This document shows, piece after piece, positions 11,690 to 24,811 of a DNA stretch of 64,000 nucleotides. This DNA comes from Geosiphon pyriformis uo1 (Eukaryota; Fungi; Glomeromycota). Location: NCBI GenBank assembly GCA_016748015.1, contig JAAOMT010000031.1, forward strand, positions 186,001-250,000, in the 5' to 3' direction. The position numbers were made by a program, and so were the translations under genes. A model generated the notes under the pieces. That model had not been told where the DNA came from, ran no database searches, and was given only the letters and a program-made list of their open reading frames with translations. Numbering within the stretch: the first letter of the stretch is position 1; every line of letters begins with the position of its first letter.

Positions 11690-14600
11690 GAATTTAATAA
11701 AAAAACCATAGAATTTTAATATTAGAATACTTAACAATTTATTAAGCTGTAATTAAATAAAAAAATATTTATATTAAGAATTTGATATCTATATTAATTA
11801 TAAAGAATTAATATTATTGGCCAAGAAAAAACTAGCTAATAACAGAACCACTAAATAAAAAATTGTATTTTTATTATTAAATATAAAATATATTATAAAA
11901 AAATAATAATTATAATTATAAGAATAAAAACAATAACAAAACAACAAATAAAATTTAAACTACTAATAATTAACTTATTATATTATTATTAAACAATTTA
12001 AAAAAAATTATTTTAAAATAAACAAAATAAAATTTTTTAATAAATCAAATATTATATTAATTATTAAAATATACTATACTAAAAAAATCAATAAAACTTG
12101 AATAATTTATTATAAATAGTAAAAAAACAAGAAAAAGAAACAATATTGTTTAATATATATTTAAACTTAATAACAAGATATTTTAATTAAAAATTAATAT
12201 TAAAAAAACCAAGCAATTATATTATTAACCAATAATATAATTAAATATAAGATAATATACAAAAATATAATGTTTGTCAAAAAAAAAAAGAAATAAAATC
12301 AAGCAAACTATTAAGACCAATTAAAATTAAACAATTATTTAATAAAATTAAAATTAACTTAATAAAATTATTATTAATAACAATTAAAAACAACTAATAT
12401 ATTGTTATTATTATAAACTATCTTACTAAATAGCCAGAAATTAGAATCATATAAAAAGCCAATATAGAATTAATAACTAAATTAATTTATTAAAACTTAA
12501 TATATTAATATAAATATTCAAAAAAATTACTATTCAATCAAAAAACCTATTAGTTAAAAAAACCAAAAAAAATAAAACATATTTATATAATTAATACTAT
12601 TTATATATTGAACAATAAAACAATATATTATTCAAATTATACTATTTGAACTAGTATATAGCAAAATAACAATATTACCAATAAAAAAAATAACAATCAA
12701 TCTAATATAACCAATAACAAAAGACATATTTTAAGTAATACTATTAAAATAAATATATAACTTAATAAAAATCTTGAAAAACAAAAAAAAACAAGTGATT
12801 ATATCAAAAAGTTACAGAAAAAACAAAAAAAAACATAACAGTCAGTTGTTAAATAAACCAGCTAAATTCAAGATTAAAAACAAAGTACTTTTATATTATA
12901 CAAAAGCAAAAAAACAATAGAATAAAAAATTTGACTTAAAATAAAACAGATTATTATATATTGAAAAAATACTAAAAAATAAATTATATAAACTAAAATT
13001 AGAAAACAAAATTTTGATTAAAGCAGTACATAAAAATTGGCTAAAGTTATATTATAATAAAACATTAGCAAATTTTAACATATTTTAATTAAAAATGCAA
13101 AAAATATTAGTTAAACCAAATAAAATTTTACAAGATTTAAAATCATTATTGTTGAAGTCAATATATTACAAAATTAAAAATTATTACAAATATAATCAGA
13201 ATATGCAATAAATAAAACAAAAAATAGAAATAACAAATAAAATATATATAATACCACAATAATTATTTCAAATATTGAAAACCAAAAACTTAGACATAAA
13301 AATAACAGTCAACAAACAAAAAATTCTTTATAAAAATACTTAAAAAAACAAGATAATTAAAAAGATGCTATACAATAAAATTTAAAAACAAGAAAATAAT
13401 TACATCAAAAAACTTGTTAAAAAAATAAAAAAACTTTCAAAAATTTAATAATAAGTATTTAATACGAAAACTAATAAAAAAAAACTGAAAAAGTTAAAAA
13501 GAACAGTTTTTAATAGCATACTGTTATTACTATTTAAGACAATAATTAAACATTTAAACATTATATATTAATAATTTTAAATAGGTGTTTAACAAAAAAA
13601 TAATACAACAAGTAAAACATTTTATTGGAAAAAATAACTTAATAACCCATTTAAAAACAATCTATTAATTATATACAATTTTTTATAAATACAATAAAAT
13701 ACTATTATATCCAATTATAAAAAACTTAACAATAAACCAATTAAAAAAAATAACTAATTCACAATTTAAAAAATTAAAAACAAAAATTTTCAAGATTATA
13801 ATAAAAAAAACATGCAAATTTATTTAAAAAAAAAACTTAAAATTTTTTGTAAAAACTCAATATTAAAAAATAATAATAACATAAAATAACCAATAACAAA
13901 ATAGAAAATTATCAAAAAACATGATACTAAAAATTTTAGAAATTGCAAAAAAACTAATAAAAATGCCAAAAATTTTAACAATAATTCAAAGTAATTGTAA
14001 AAATTTTAAAAATATTATATTACAAAAATTTATATATATAGTAAAAATAATAGAAATCAAAATAATATCAATTCATTAATTTATTAGTTTATTAATTTAT
14101 TAGTTTAATTTATCAGTAAATTATTTTTAAAACAAAACAAGCTTACTTTAAAATCAGCTTAGTTATTTTTATTTTTATTAATTACTACAAATTAATTAAA
14201 TTATTTAATAAAACCTTTTAATTTATTTATTAATTAATAAATTCAAGCTTATTATATTAAAACATATTATTATAATATTAATATTATTATCATTTATAAA
14301 AGTTATATAATTATATTAAAATAATAGCTATTGATTATAGCTATTGATAAATTACTAATTATTATTTTATTATTTTATTATTTTATTATTTTATTAATTG
14401 TGTTATTTAAGTTGTTAACTAATTGTAAAAAATGTATTAAGATTATAATATTAAGAATTATTTAATAAAAAACACCAGAAAAAAGTATAAACATAATTAA
14501 AAAACTAAGATTGCTTACTAAAAAAGTACAAATACCAGAATAAATTAATTACTAAGCTAAAAAAATTAATAAATTTATAATTTACTATTATTAAATAAAT

Positions 14601-14725
14601 TTTTGTCTATTATACAAAGAACTTTTATACAAAATTTTCAAAAAATCTTCAGAATTTATAACAACAAATTTAAGTACTAAGTTATAAAAATTACTAACAC
14701 CTATATAAAAATTCGATCTATAATA
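11690..14725 (+). mobile_element. Strongly eroded Ty3/Gypsy relic (RNase H/integrase region, 3' region and family-B-like 3' LTR)
   Basis: Eroded integrase motifs LRPIKI.Q.F..I.I.L...NYLTK*PE (~12300-12450) and KFKI..KVLL...KA.KQ...KFD.K* (~12860-12950) parallel the integrase at 21600-22530. The reverse complement of 14430-14725 matches family B LTR (TTTGTATAATAGACA). Ends CTATAATA, an eroded CTGTAACA. Confidence 0.7.
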
Positions 14726-15393
14726 TTGAAAGCATTTTTAATATTATTAGAAAATATACTAAAGAAAATATTATTAAGTATAACAAAAGTAAAAAAAAAC
14801 CAAAAGCCATTACAAAAAATTTTACAATCTTAAATATAATTAAAAAAATAATAATTAATAAAAACATTAACAATAACAACCAAAAAATTCTTAGAAGCAA
14901 AATTTATACAAAATAGCTTAATATTATTTTTAAAAACTGACTTAAGTTTAATAAAATCAGACAACAAATAAAACAAAAAATTAACCAAAACTAATTTAAA
15001 CTTAAAAATGGCATCAAACACCAAAATAAAAGTTATCTACTTAAAATTTTTTTGACAATTGAAGATTGTTTTTTAAATATTACTAAAAGCAATACCAAAA
15101 AACAAAAAAGCTGAAATTAATTCAGTTTTTATTTAATCAGTTTAATCTTTAAGATTAAATAGCTTAATAGATTGCTTTGCTTTTAAGACTGATAATAATT
15201 TACTAAAAACATTATATTTAACAATACAGCTAATAATTAATCTTAACTTATCTTGAAATTAATATTTTAAAAAAGTCAATTGTTTTAAATTAAAAAAAAA
15301 TGTTTTTTTGCTTTTTTAATTATCTAAGCAAATATAAAAGTTATTGGTTTGTTGTTAAAAGTTTTTTAGACTTTTTATAATAACAATAATTAT
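14726..15393 (-). mobile_element. Eroded ORF1-like relic, same family as 780-1690
   Basis: Minus-strand VFDAIFKFKL...KSVFKNNIKLFCINFASKN; nucleotide similarity to 840-1070. Confidence 0.5.
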
Positions 15394-15403
15394 AATAAAA
15401 CTT

Positions 15404-18264
15404 TTGCAGAATATGCAGAAAATGTATGATTCTGTTGGCTAAGATTATCTTAAGAAAAGTTTGGTCAGGATTAAAATGTGTAACAGATTTATTCTATTTT
15501 TTGGTAATATTTATAAGGATCATATCAATTAGGTTATGACAGATTTTGGTTTAACAGATAATTATTGTGTGCATGATGATTTGGACCAAGGTGAAGTTTT
15601 TTCCCCTCTTCTATGGCGCGTATTTTATGATCCTCTGTTGTGTAAAGTCAAGTGCTAAAAGAGAGTATGTGGATATAAAATTAATTCTCATTTTATCTCT
15701 AAGAGTGATCACACTGAATCTCGGGCTGGATTTTCTTTATTTTTTGCTGCTGGTGCTTTTGTTGATAATACAATTTGGGTTGGTAGCAGTCAGAATGCTA
15801 CTCAACACATTCTTAATATTGCTAGTGATTTTTTCTGGATCAATGACATTTCTATTAATAACAAAAAGACAGTGGCCATTCCCATCAATAGCAAAATCAG
15901 CAATCCATCCCTTTTTATAAGTGGCTCTTTTATCACTATTGCCAAAAAAGGGGAATCTCATCAGTATTTGGATATCTTTTTTTTGACTGAGAATTTTTCA
16001 AAGCCTAGTTTGGCCAAGACATATTCGGATGTCAGATTTTTTACAAATCAGGTTCTGAGAAAAGCTGTATCAGATAAGCAGTTCTTATATTAGTGTCAGC
16101 AGTCCTTCATCCTATTGTCAACTACAGAATGCAGTTTAGCTTTGTTCCTGTTGGTGTGTACAACAAATAGAATGCCTTGATTCATAAAGGCTTGAAACTC
16201 AAGTCTAGTTTACCACTTGACTTTCCTAGTGATACCATCCACCACTCTTCCTTTTATGGTTTGAAATCTTTTTTGCAAATCCAGTCTGAAAGTAAGATTG
16301 CTTCACTTGTTGGCTTTGTAAACTCTGGTGGAATTTTGGGTCGGTTGTTTTCTTATCAGTCTCATGATCTAAAAATTCAGTGTTGGCACTCTGTTCATTC
16401 ATTGGTCTCTCCTGTTTATACTCATGTTAGTGCTTTTAATAATTTTTTGGCAGGCATGATTTGTATTCTTCTTGACTGTAATTTATCTCTGAGTGGCCTC
16501 TTGGCCAGTTTTTTTTAGTTCTGTGATGGAATGCCCATGTCTGCTGTTCTGGATAAGTTAAAGTTTATCAAATTTCTTCCTTCTCTTCAGTGATATAATA
16601 TTGCATATGTGAAGCAACTTTGAGATCGTCATGGTATTGTTTTCAATTGGTACATCTTTAAGTGATGGAAAAGGTTGGACCCTTGTGGCTCTGTTCCTAA
16701 TTGGTTCAAGTTGTCTACTGCATTTCTCAATAGTGTATCTGCCTCTTCAATTTGCCTCATGGCTTTGTGTGGTACTGGTCCTTTGAACATTCTTGAATTC
16801 AGTGACTGTGTATCTATTTGTGATCATCTTTCCCAAGTTGATACTAGCATGTTGTTTGTGTACACTGACAGGTCCTTGAAAAACTTTGGTACAGTCAACT
16901 GTAGCACCAGTGCTACTGTATTCTTTGAGGACATTGGTTTGAGTTTGGGTGTTGGATTTGATGTCTTCTACACTGGCAGAATTACAGGCTATTGCACTGG
17001 CTTTGAAGTGTGTTTCTTTGTCTAGTTCTGTTCACTTGTTTTCAGACAGTCAATCTGCTTTGGATGCTTACAAGTTGGAATTGGGTTTGGCAACTTCTAA
17101 CTTTCATAATCAATATTAGATCAAACGTCAACATATCTTTAATGTTATTTGTAATAAGAACTTGAAGATTAGTTGGCACAAGATGAAAGATCACTCTGGT
17201 GTTTTGGGGAATGAGTGTGCTGACGTGATTACTAATACTGCTTCTCTTTCAGATTGGTGTCTTCCTCCATGTGTGGATGAACGTTTTATTATGGCTGATG
17301 GTAATATGATTTTTGGCAATTCTAGACACTTTGTTTGTAATATTTTTTGTTCTGTTTGTCATACACGTTGGGAGGTTGATTCTGGTTGCAAGTTTTTGAA
17401 GACCTGTCTGCTTTTTGAGATTGACTGGGTCCGCTTTTCATTGGTATGACATTTTGATTTGCACATGGCTACTGGTTTTACTAACAGGCCCTTAGCCTAT
17501 GCACGCACTTACTTCATGAAGACTTTGCATTACCATCTGCCTGTTGCTGTTTGGAAGTGTCTTTATAATAGACTTTATCCCAGTATATTGTGCTTATATT
17601 GTGGTAAAGTGGAGGTGTCAGATCATGCATTCTCTTGTAGAGTTGATGAGTCTGCCCGCCGTCAGTTGTTGGATTTTCACATGGATTCTTGGAAAATACT
17701 TTCTGGTTCTAATCATGCTTCTTCATGTATGTTGCAGCTATTGTCATCTTGTGCTTCTAATTCCTCTGTGTATATGGCTCTCTTTAAGAGTTTTGTTTTT
17801 GATAGTTGGTTCTGGGAGACCATATCTGTCTTCTGCGATTCCAAATTGGCTGGTCTGAAAATTGTTAAGTTTGTGCACTCTCTTAGTTTAGCCTTTAAAG
17901 ATAATGTTTGGCTGGTTCGTGCTAAACACTGTGTCTATATAAAAAAAGCATGGTTTGATCCCTCTTGATGATTCGGCTATCACCTTGGTTTCTGGTTTGC
18001 CTTTGGGTTTTCCCGCTGGTGTGGTGAAACTGCTTGGTGTGACTAATGCTTTTGGTGTATGTTTTGGTTCTCGCAAGTCTTGTTTATTTTTTTCAGGTCT
18101 TAGTAGTTTAGTCTCAGTTTATATAGCTGCATAGTGTTGTTCTAATCGGCCCAAGTAGCTGGTCATATGTAGAAAACACATGATTCACATCTAGTTTAGA
18201 TTATTTCTTTGATGTATAATACTAGGCTGTGTTTGGACCTCACTCGTTAAATGAATAAAAAAAA
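15404..18264 (+). mobile_element. 5'-truncated LINE (copy B): RT C-terminal half, RNase H, Cys motif, 3' tail, poly(A)
   Basis: Starts at LQNMQKMYDSVG. Contains FVDN, VYTDRS and CLYCGKVEVSDHAFSC; stop at 18132-18134. 10-bp TSD AATAAAACTT (15394-15403 / 18265-18274). Confidence 0.9.
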
Positions 18265-18864
18265 AATAAAACTTATTTAGTTTTTTAAAAAAATTTTTAA
18301 ATAAAAAAAACTTTTATTTAAAGTTAAAAACAGTATTTTAACAGCAGTTAAAAATTGGTTTAAATTTATATTGCTAAAAAAATATTATTTAACTGTTTTT
18401 ATTGCAAAAAAAAATTTTATTTATTAAAACTAATAAAAAAAATATCAAAAATAATAATTGTAACTATTTTACTTTTTGTTTTAATTGTAATTATACAAAT
18501 ATAAAAGAAAAAGTTTTTTATATTAATAAAAGCAAAAAAACAATTAAATTAAATTTTACTTAATAAAACAAAATAATAATTACTTGAAAATAAATAATTT
18601 TAATTTTTACGAAACATAATTTAGTATTATTAAAATAATAAATAACAATTTATTAAATATTTACTTGAAAATTTTATTATAAATAAATTATTAAATATTA
18701 AAAAACAAAAGGTTTATTTTTATTTTAAAATTTTTTTTTTATTAAAGTTTAACGAGCAAGATCTAATCACTGTCTAATACAATATGACCACATAGAATCT
18801 TAAATTAAATGTGGCTCATGTATTTTCTACATGTAACCAGCTACTCGAACCAGTTCAGGCTATA

Positions 18865-19690
18865 CTACATTGAAACACTAGAAGAAAACTTACCCAAAAA
18901 TAACATCTTTTGGACAACAAAAAACAAAGTTGCACTATAAGGAACCAATCCAACCAGCCATTCAGCTGTTTTCAAGATATTAACTTTAACATCAATAAGC
19001 TTATGTTTCCAAAGAGACATCAAGTTAGAAAACACTTCATCATCCAAACCAACTGAGTGTTCTGAATTACTAGACATATTAATATCCTCCATGCAGCATT
19101 TCTTTTTTAAAGAAACCACTTCTCTCCCCAACTTACCAACAATCTTACTAAAAGAACCCATATGCACCATAATTTCATTGACCTTAAGGCCAAGTTTACT
19201 GCTTGAAACCAAGTTCCCATTAATAAACTGCTTGAACAATTTGACCAAAGAACCAACTGGTTTAACAATAGACTCAACCAAAACAGAAAGCTTAACCAAA
19301 TCAGATTCCAAAGAAGCCAACTGAGAAGACACCAAGGAATCACCAATAACCATAGAAGGGGAAGTAGGAGCTGCCAGGGCAGGAAACTCAGAAAAATTCA
19401 GAAAAGCAGAAGCTTTTGCATAAGAAACACCACTCACAAAACATGTATTAAACATCTTGGAAGCCTTAGGAGGAGGAAGCAGAGAAACTTTGCAGTTAAC
19501 AGCCAAATGGCCCACTTCTTAACACCTAAAGCATCACTGACAACCAGAGATTTCCCACCAAATACAGCATTTTTTTAGGGTAGCAGTTTTGACGACTGCA
19601 AAGTCCAAATCAACTTGGGAACTAAACATAACCAAAGCAAACTGGGAACAATAACCAGAATTAGGCAAATGAGGAATAAAACATGTCTGG
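18865..19690 (-). pseudogene. ORF1-like protein of element F, 3' part (CCHC knuckle, coiled coil, unique C-terminus)
   Basis: Removing the Gypsy and one TSD restores VGGQTCFIP in frame, giving 2127 nt = 708 aa plus stop. Motifs CFRC*EVGHLAVNC and LASLESDLVKLSVLVE. Confidence 0.85.
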
Positions 19691-20281
19691 TGTTACCAGA
19701 GGTTTTTGGTCTCTTTTCTTAAATGTTGTTAATGTTGATTTGCTGTGAATTCACATTTCCAAAAAGTAGTTGGACCTCCAGTAACTGAATTTATCTTCAA
19801 ATTATTTCTTATAATTTGAATTGCTGGGCTTATAAGCGGAATGACCAATTTCTTGCCAGTTACTTTATGTAGTTACATTATAGTAAACATCAACTCTTTC
19901 TTAGGAATTGCTCATCTGAAAGCTCACTAAAAATGTGTAGTTACTTTGCTGTGAAAGTCAACTCTTCTACAGGAATCTCGTCTGTAGGCTACCCTAATTA
20001 TTATAATAAAAAAATAAAAAAAATGTAAAAAAAATGTAAAAGAAATTGAATTCTGTCAAGGAAAATATTTTCTATTCAGACCTGGAGTCACTAACAATTT
20101 ACTGAAATTAGTAGCTAATCAATTTCAAAATGTTAGTTGGGTTTTGGGAATTTTCCAAGTGCAATAATTAAAGAATTTGGTTTTTTGAATTATTTGATAT
20201 TTATTTCTTTTTGTGTGTGTAGGAATGGTTCTAAGTAATAAATCTAAAGTAAAATACATTTTTTTGAAGAAAAAAGCTCTT

Positions 20282-20289
20282 CTTTTATA
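20282..20289 (-). promoter_or_regulatory. Putative LTR TATA box (TATAAAAG), with an AATAAA poly(A) signal ~80 nt downstream
   Basis: Conserved in both LTRs (also ~29566-29573) and in the solo LTR (~60450-60457). Lies downstream of the U3 tandem repeats. Confidence 0.55.
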
Positions 20290-20339
20290 CAACTTATTGT
20301 AGTACTAGTCTATGAACTTGCACTTTTTCTCTTTGCTCA

Positions 20340-20500
20340 ACTTTCAGCGAATTAAAGATACATTTTGATGAACTACAAGTTATTTTGCTAAACTATTGAT
20401 TAATTTGGATGAACTATTCATAATTTCAGCGAATTTCTATAAATTTTGGCAAATTTCTTATAAATTTTGGCGAATTTCTGTAAATTTTGGCGAATTTTAG
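20340..20500. repeat. Degenerate ~20-bp tandem array in LTR U3 (TAAATTTYGGCGAATTTCT and GAACTA-type units)
   Basis: About 8 head-to-tail degenerate units; also present at ~29620-29785 and ~60510-60625. Confidence 0.75.
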
Positions 20501-20682
20501 AATGTTACAAAGTTTAGGGTATTGTGTAATTTGATTATCCTACTTTCTGTTATACTAATTGGATTATTTAATTGAATCGTGATATGTGATAATTGATTAA
20601 ATAATAAATGATAATTTGAAATAATATTAATATACTAATTAATTATAGAAATTATAAGGGTAATTTTCCTGCTAATTAATAG

Positions 20683-21390
20683 CTAAAATTCTATTGATAA
20701 CATAATTTTCTCCTCAAGACTGAGCTCCGTCGAAGTCCAAGCATTATCTGTAATATTGAGATAGTAATCCAAAATAATTGAAGTAATCTGGTCTGAAAAT
20801 TTTTAAAATTTCAGTTCTATAAGTTTGCCAATGTATTGGACTTTTATTGGTTGCAGTATGGGATTTTGTAGAACATTTTCACAAGTATTAAACAAATCAT
20901 AAAGTCTAAAAGCTGCTCTAAGTTTGTAGCGAGTGTTTGTTGGTTCAGCTGCTGTTTTAAATTCATTGTGAATTTGTTTTTGTATAGCTTCAGGAGTGAG
21001 ATTTGTTGCTTCAAGTTCTAGTTTTCGTTCATAAAGTGTCTTTCCAATGTGAAAGTATTTATAGATAGGAGTGTATTCATTGTTCTGTTCATTGAGAAGT
21101 AATAGAAGTTTTTGTTGCATTGTAGCATTCAGTGAAATGTCAATAGGGGCAATTAAAAAATTTTCTTCCAGTACTTGCTTTAAAAGTCTTGATAACTTAT
21201 TTTCAGAGTGACTTCTTGTTTTTCTTCTATAAGAGTGATAGTTTTGTGGATGATTTACTACTGGGGCTGTGGTTTTTTTCTGAATGTAATTAATTTGACT
21301 TCTATTAATTGTTATGGATAAGTTAGGAAGTGTTTTCAAAACTAACATTAATTTTTGGGATATTTGTTGAATATTTCGGAGAATAATCAT
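20683..21390 (-). pseudogene. Additional ORF (ORF3) between integrase and 3' LTR, unknown function, ~235 codons
   Basis: A 195-aa ORF from ATG 21390. After one TAA (probably CAA>TAA) the frame continues KFSDQITSIILDYYLNITDNAWTSTELSLEEKIMLSIEF* through the PPT into the LTR. Confidence 0.7.
20706..20715 (-). other. Polypurine tract
   Basis: GAGGAGAAAA on the minus strand, 3 nt before the TG of the 3' LTR. Confidence 0.75.
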
Positions 21391-21530
21391 GATAAAATTG
21401 ACTAATTATGAAAAGGGAAAATAAAGAAAATTATTTTTGGGTATAAGGTTTTTATTTTGTAATTATTTACTATTTTTGTTTTTGTGTTTTTATTAAAAAA
21501 TTATTGTAAAATTTAAGTATTCAAGTTTGG

Positions 21531-24399
21531 CTATTGTTCTATTATAATTATTGGTTCTAAATTTCAGAGAATATCTTCAGGATTAATTAAAGGAGAATGT
21601 ATACCAATTTGTGGAATTAATAGTTCAGGATTGTTTCTAAAATAATAGTGTTTCAATTTATCTCCATGTACAACTTTTGATAATATCTTGTTATCAAGTC
21701 TTAATTTGTATGATCTATTGCCTAGAATTTCATAAATATAAAATAGTCCATCCCATTTATGTTCAAATTTTCCACTCCATTGTTTTTCAGCCTTAGTTTT
21801 GTGTAAAAAAACTTTATTTCTAACTTTAAATTCGTTGGTTATGGGTGATAATTTGTTGTCATGTTTTTCTTTTTGTTGAGCTTAGGAATGTTCAATATGA
21901 GTTGCTGCTATTCTTTTTTTTCCTTCCAGTGTACTAAGAAAAGTGTAGGCCCTTCTTTGGAGTGTTTTTTGAAAGTTTTCTTCATTAATTGGTTGCACAG
22001 GGTATGTTTCTACTGTGAAATTAATTGGTAATATTGCTGTTCTTCTATAAGTTAAATCAAATAGTGTGTGTTTTGTAGTATCTTGTTTTAGTGTTCTGTA
22101 TGCTAGTAACACTGATGGAATAAAGATATCTCATTCTTGCTCAAAGTCTGTTGAGACTTTGGCTAAAGATTCACACAATGTTCTGTTGAAACATTTTACA
22201 AGTCCATTTGTTTGAAAGTGATAAGATGATGATAGAGGTCTTTTGACATTGAACTGTTTACAAATTTCTTGTATCAAGTTGTTCACAAAATGTGTTTCTT
22301 GATCAGATAAAAGTTCAATTGGACATCCATGTCTACAGATAATGTCTTCATAGATGAAATTTGCTACTAATTTTGTATCTGTTCTTTGGATGGCTCTAGC
22401 TTCAGGCCATTTGGTGAGATAATCCACTACAACTGCAATATAACAATTTTCTTGAGTTGTGATAGGTAATGGTTTGACTAAATCAATTCTAACTCTGTCA
22501 AAAGGTTGTCCAACTTTGATTGGATTTAAAGGTTCTGTAGGGCAAGTTCCTTCTCTTCTTTAACAACTATCACAAGATTCTACATATTGTCGAATGTTTT
22601 TTTGCATGTGAGGTCAAAAATAATGTTCAAGAGTTCTTTGAATTGTTCCATCTCTTTCCAAGTGTGCTGAAGAAGGATCTGTGTACATGTTGTATAGAAT
22701 TGTTTCTTTTTCATTTTTCTGTACTAATCTGAATAGTTGGTTTGGATTTTTACGATTTTTGTAATAGATTTTGTTGTGATGTATAAAATATTGTTTAGAT
22801 TGGTGTTGTAATCAATGTTTTTCACTTGGAGACCAATTTTCTGGCATGGTGAGAGTCTCCAAATAGTTTTTGATGTTGTTGTAGTTTTCTGGATCCATTG
22901 TTGTTGATTTCGTTATTTGTTTTGCTGTTAAGTTTATTGGTGTTTTGTTGGTATTGATGTTAGTATTAATATTGTTTCATTCTTGAAAAACTATCAACAT
23001 TTATGTGTAGTTTTCCTGGTTTGTGATGTATAATGTATTTGTAGTCTGTTAGGAAGTCATTTCATCAAAACTGTTTGGCACTTTGTTCAGTTTTCTTTTT
23101 ATTAAGCCATTTAAGGCCAATATTGTTAGTTATTATATTAAATTCTTTTTTATTCTTCAGGTATTGTTGAAAGTGTTTGAGAGCCCAGATGACTGCAGTG
23201 GCTTCCAATTCAGTTAAGCCATATTTGAGTTCTGTTGGCTTGAGTGTTCTGCTGGCATAGGCAATAACTTGTTCCTGGCCATTTTCATCCAATTGTGATA
23301 AGATGATACCAAATGCTATGTGTAAAGCATCAGTAGCTAATTGGAATCGTTTGTTGAAGTCTGGGTAAGCAAGAACTGGGGCTGTTGTCAATTTTGTTTT
23401 GAGAGTTTCAAAAGCTTTTTGTTGTTCTTCAGTCCATTTGTATGGTACATTTTTGTTGATAAGATAATTGAGTGGTTTGGCAATTTCTGAGAATCCTTTT
23501 ATAAATTTTTGATAGTAAGAGACTAATCCTACAAATCCTCATAGTTCTGTGGTATTTCTGGGAGTTTGAAAGTTTTTGACAGCACTGATTGTTCCAGGAT
23601 TTGGTTTGACTCCATCTTTGCTAACAATGTGTCCAAGAAAAATTAGGCTTGTTTTTCTAAAGTGACATTTTTCAATGTTTAACTTCAATCCTGCTTTCCA
23701 TAATCATTGAAAAACTTCTCGCAGGTGGATAAGATGAGTCTTAAAGCTTGGTAAGTATACATTAGTGTCATCAAGATAGACAACTATGAATTGCCATAAG
23801 AGTCCTTCATATACAACATCTATGAGTTGCTGGAATGTTGCTGGTGTATTGCAGAGTCCAAAAGACATAATATTGAACTCATATTTTCCTCCCTAGGTGG
23901 TAAATGCTGTTTTGGGTCGGTCTTTTAGGTCCATTTTGACTTGCCAGTATCCACTTTCCAAGTCTAAAGTTGAGAAAAACTTGGCTTTTCTTAGAGCATC
24001 TAACATGTCATCAATTCTTGGAAGAGGATAAGCATCTTCAATTGTCACACTGTTCAATTGGTAATAGTTAACACAAAATCTGATTTTTCCATTTTTTTTT
24101 TTGACAAGGACTACTGGTAAGGCCCAAGAACTTCTTGATGGTTGAATCAATCCGTTATTGAGCATTCTCTGAACTTCTTCTCTAATGAATTGGTGGCTGG
24201 CAGGTAACACTCTGTAAGCTTGCTGATGTTTTGGTAGAGCATCTCCTGTATGGATCTGATGTTGAACCATATCTGTTTTTCCTAGGTCATTGTTGTCTTT
24301 TGTAAATATATCTGCAAATTCAGCTATCAATTGTTTCAATTGTCTTTGTTGTTGAGGTTCTAAGGGACCCATATTGATTCGAGAGAGTTTTTCTTCCAA
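21531..24399 (-). pseudogene. Gypsy pol: reverse transcriptase, RNase H, integrase (HHCC, DD35E, GPY/F; no obvious chromodomain)
   Basis: Motifs YPLPRIDD, LDLESGYWQ, VYLDD (~23770), LATDA...IAYASR, YVESCDSC, DYLTKWPEA, LSDQ, QTNGLV and KWDGLFYI. Stop at 21531-21533. Confidence 0.92.
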
Positions 24400-24811
24400 A
24401 AAGTGGTAGTTTTAGTAATGGAAATGATATTTGGATTTGGAAGTAGAGTGTGCCTTACAATTTCGATGAAATTAGAGACAATTTGAGGGTTTTCATCTTG
24501 AAAAATATTGCTGTGTATAATTCCAATCTCTAGTTTGTTTAATAAGACAATAGGGTAATTATTGAAGTTGTAGAATATAACTCAAAATTTTTTCATTCCT
24601 TTGGGAATATAAACGTTTGGAATTGAGATTTCATGCTTCAAACAGATTTGTTCATTGGATTCAAAGATTTGTTGTGTAGTAGTGGGTTTTGAGCAAGTGT
24701 AAATTTCGTGATGTTCTCCAAAAGATGAAATGGTAATTGGCTGGAGAAGTTGAAAAATCTGGTGAGATTTATTTTGTGTATTAAGAGCTATGTTTACTGG
24801 AACTGTAAATT

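Larger units (their letters stand above)
19691..20702 (-). repeat. 3' LTR of family A element
   Basis: TGTTACCAGA...GATAACA; direct repeat of 28976-29985; adjacent to the PPT. Confidence 0.95.

Noticed and set aside
19691-19990. Protein-coding frame inside the LTR (PTDEIPVEELTFTAK...)
   Set aside because: Several stops are shared by all three LTRs, including the divergent solo copy. Conservation is better explained by RNA structure.
20340-20500. CRISPR-like array (also 42230-42365 and 38980-39080)
   Set aside because: Head-to-tail degenerate units with no unique spacers, lying inside LTRs in a eukaryotic context with no cas genes.
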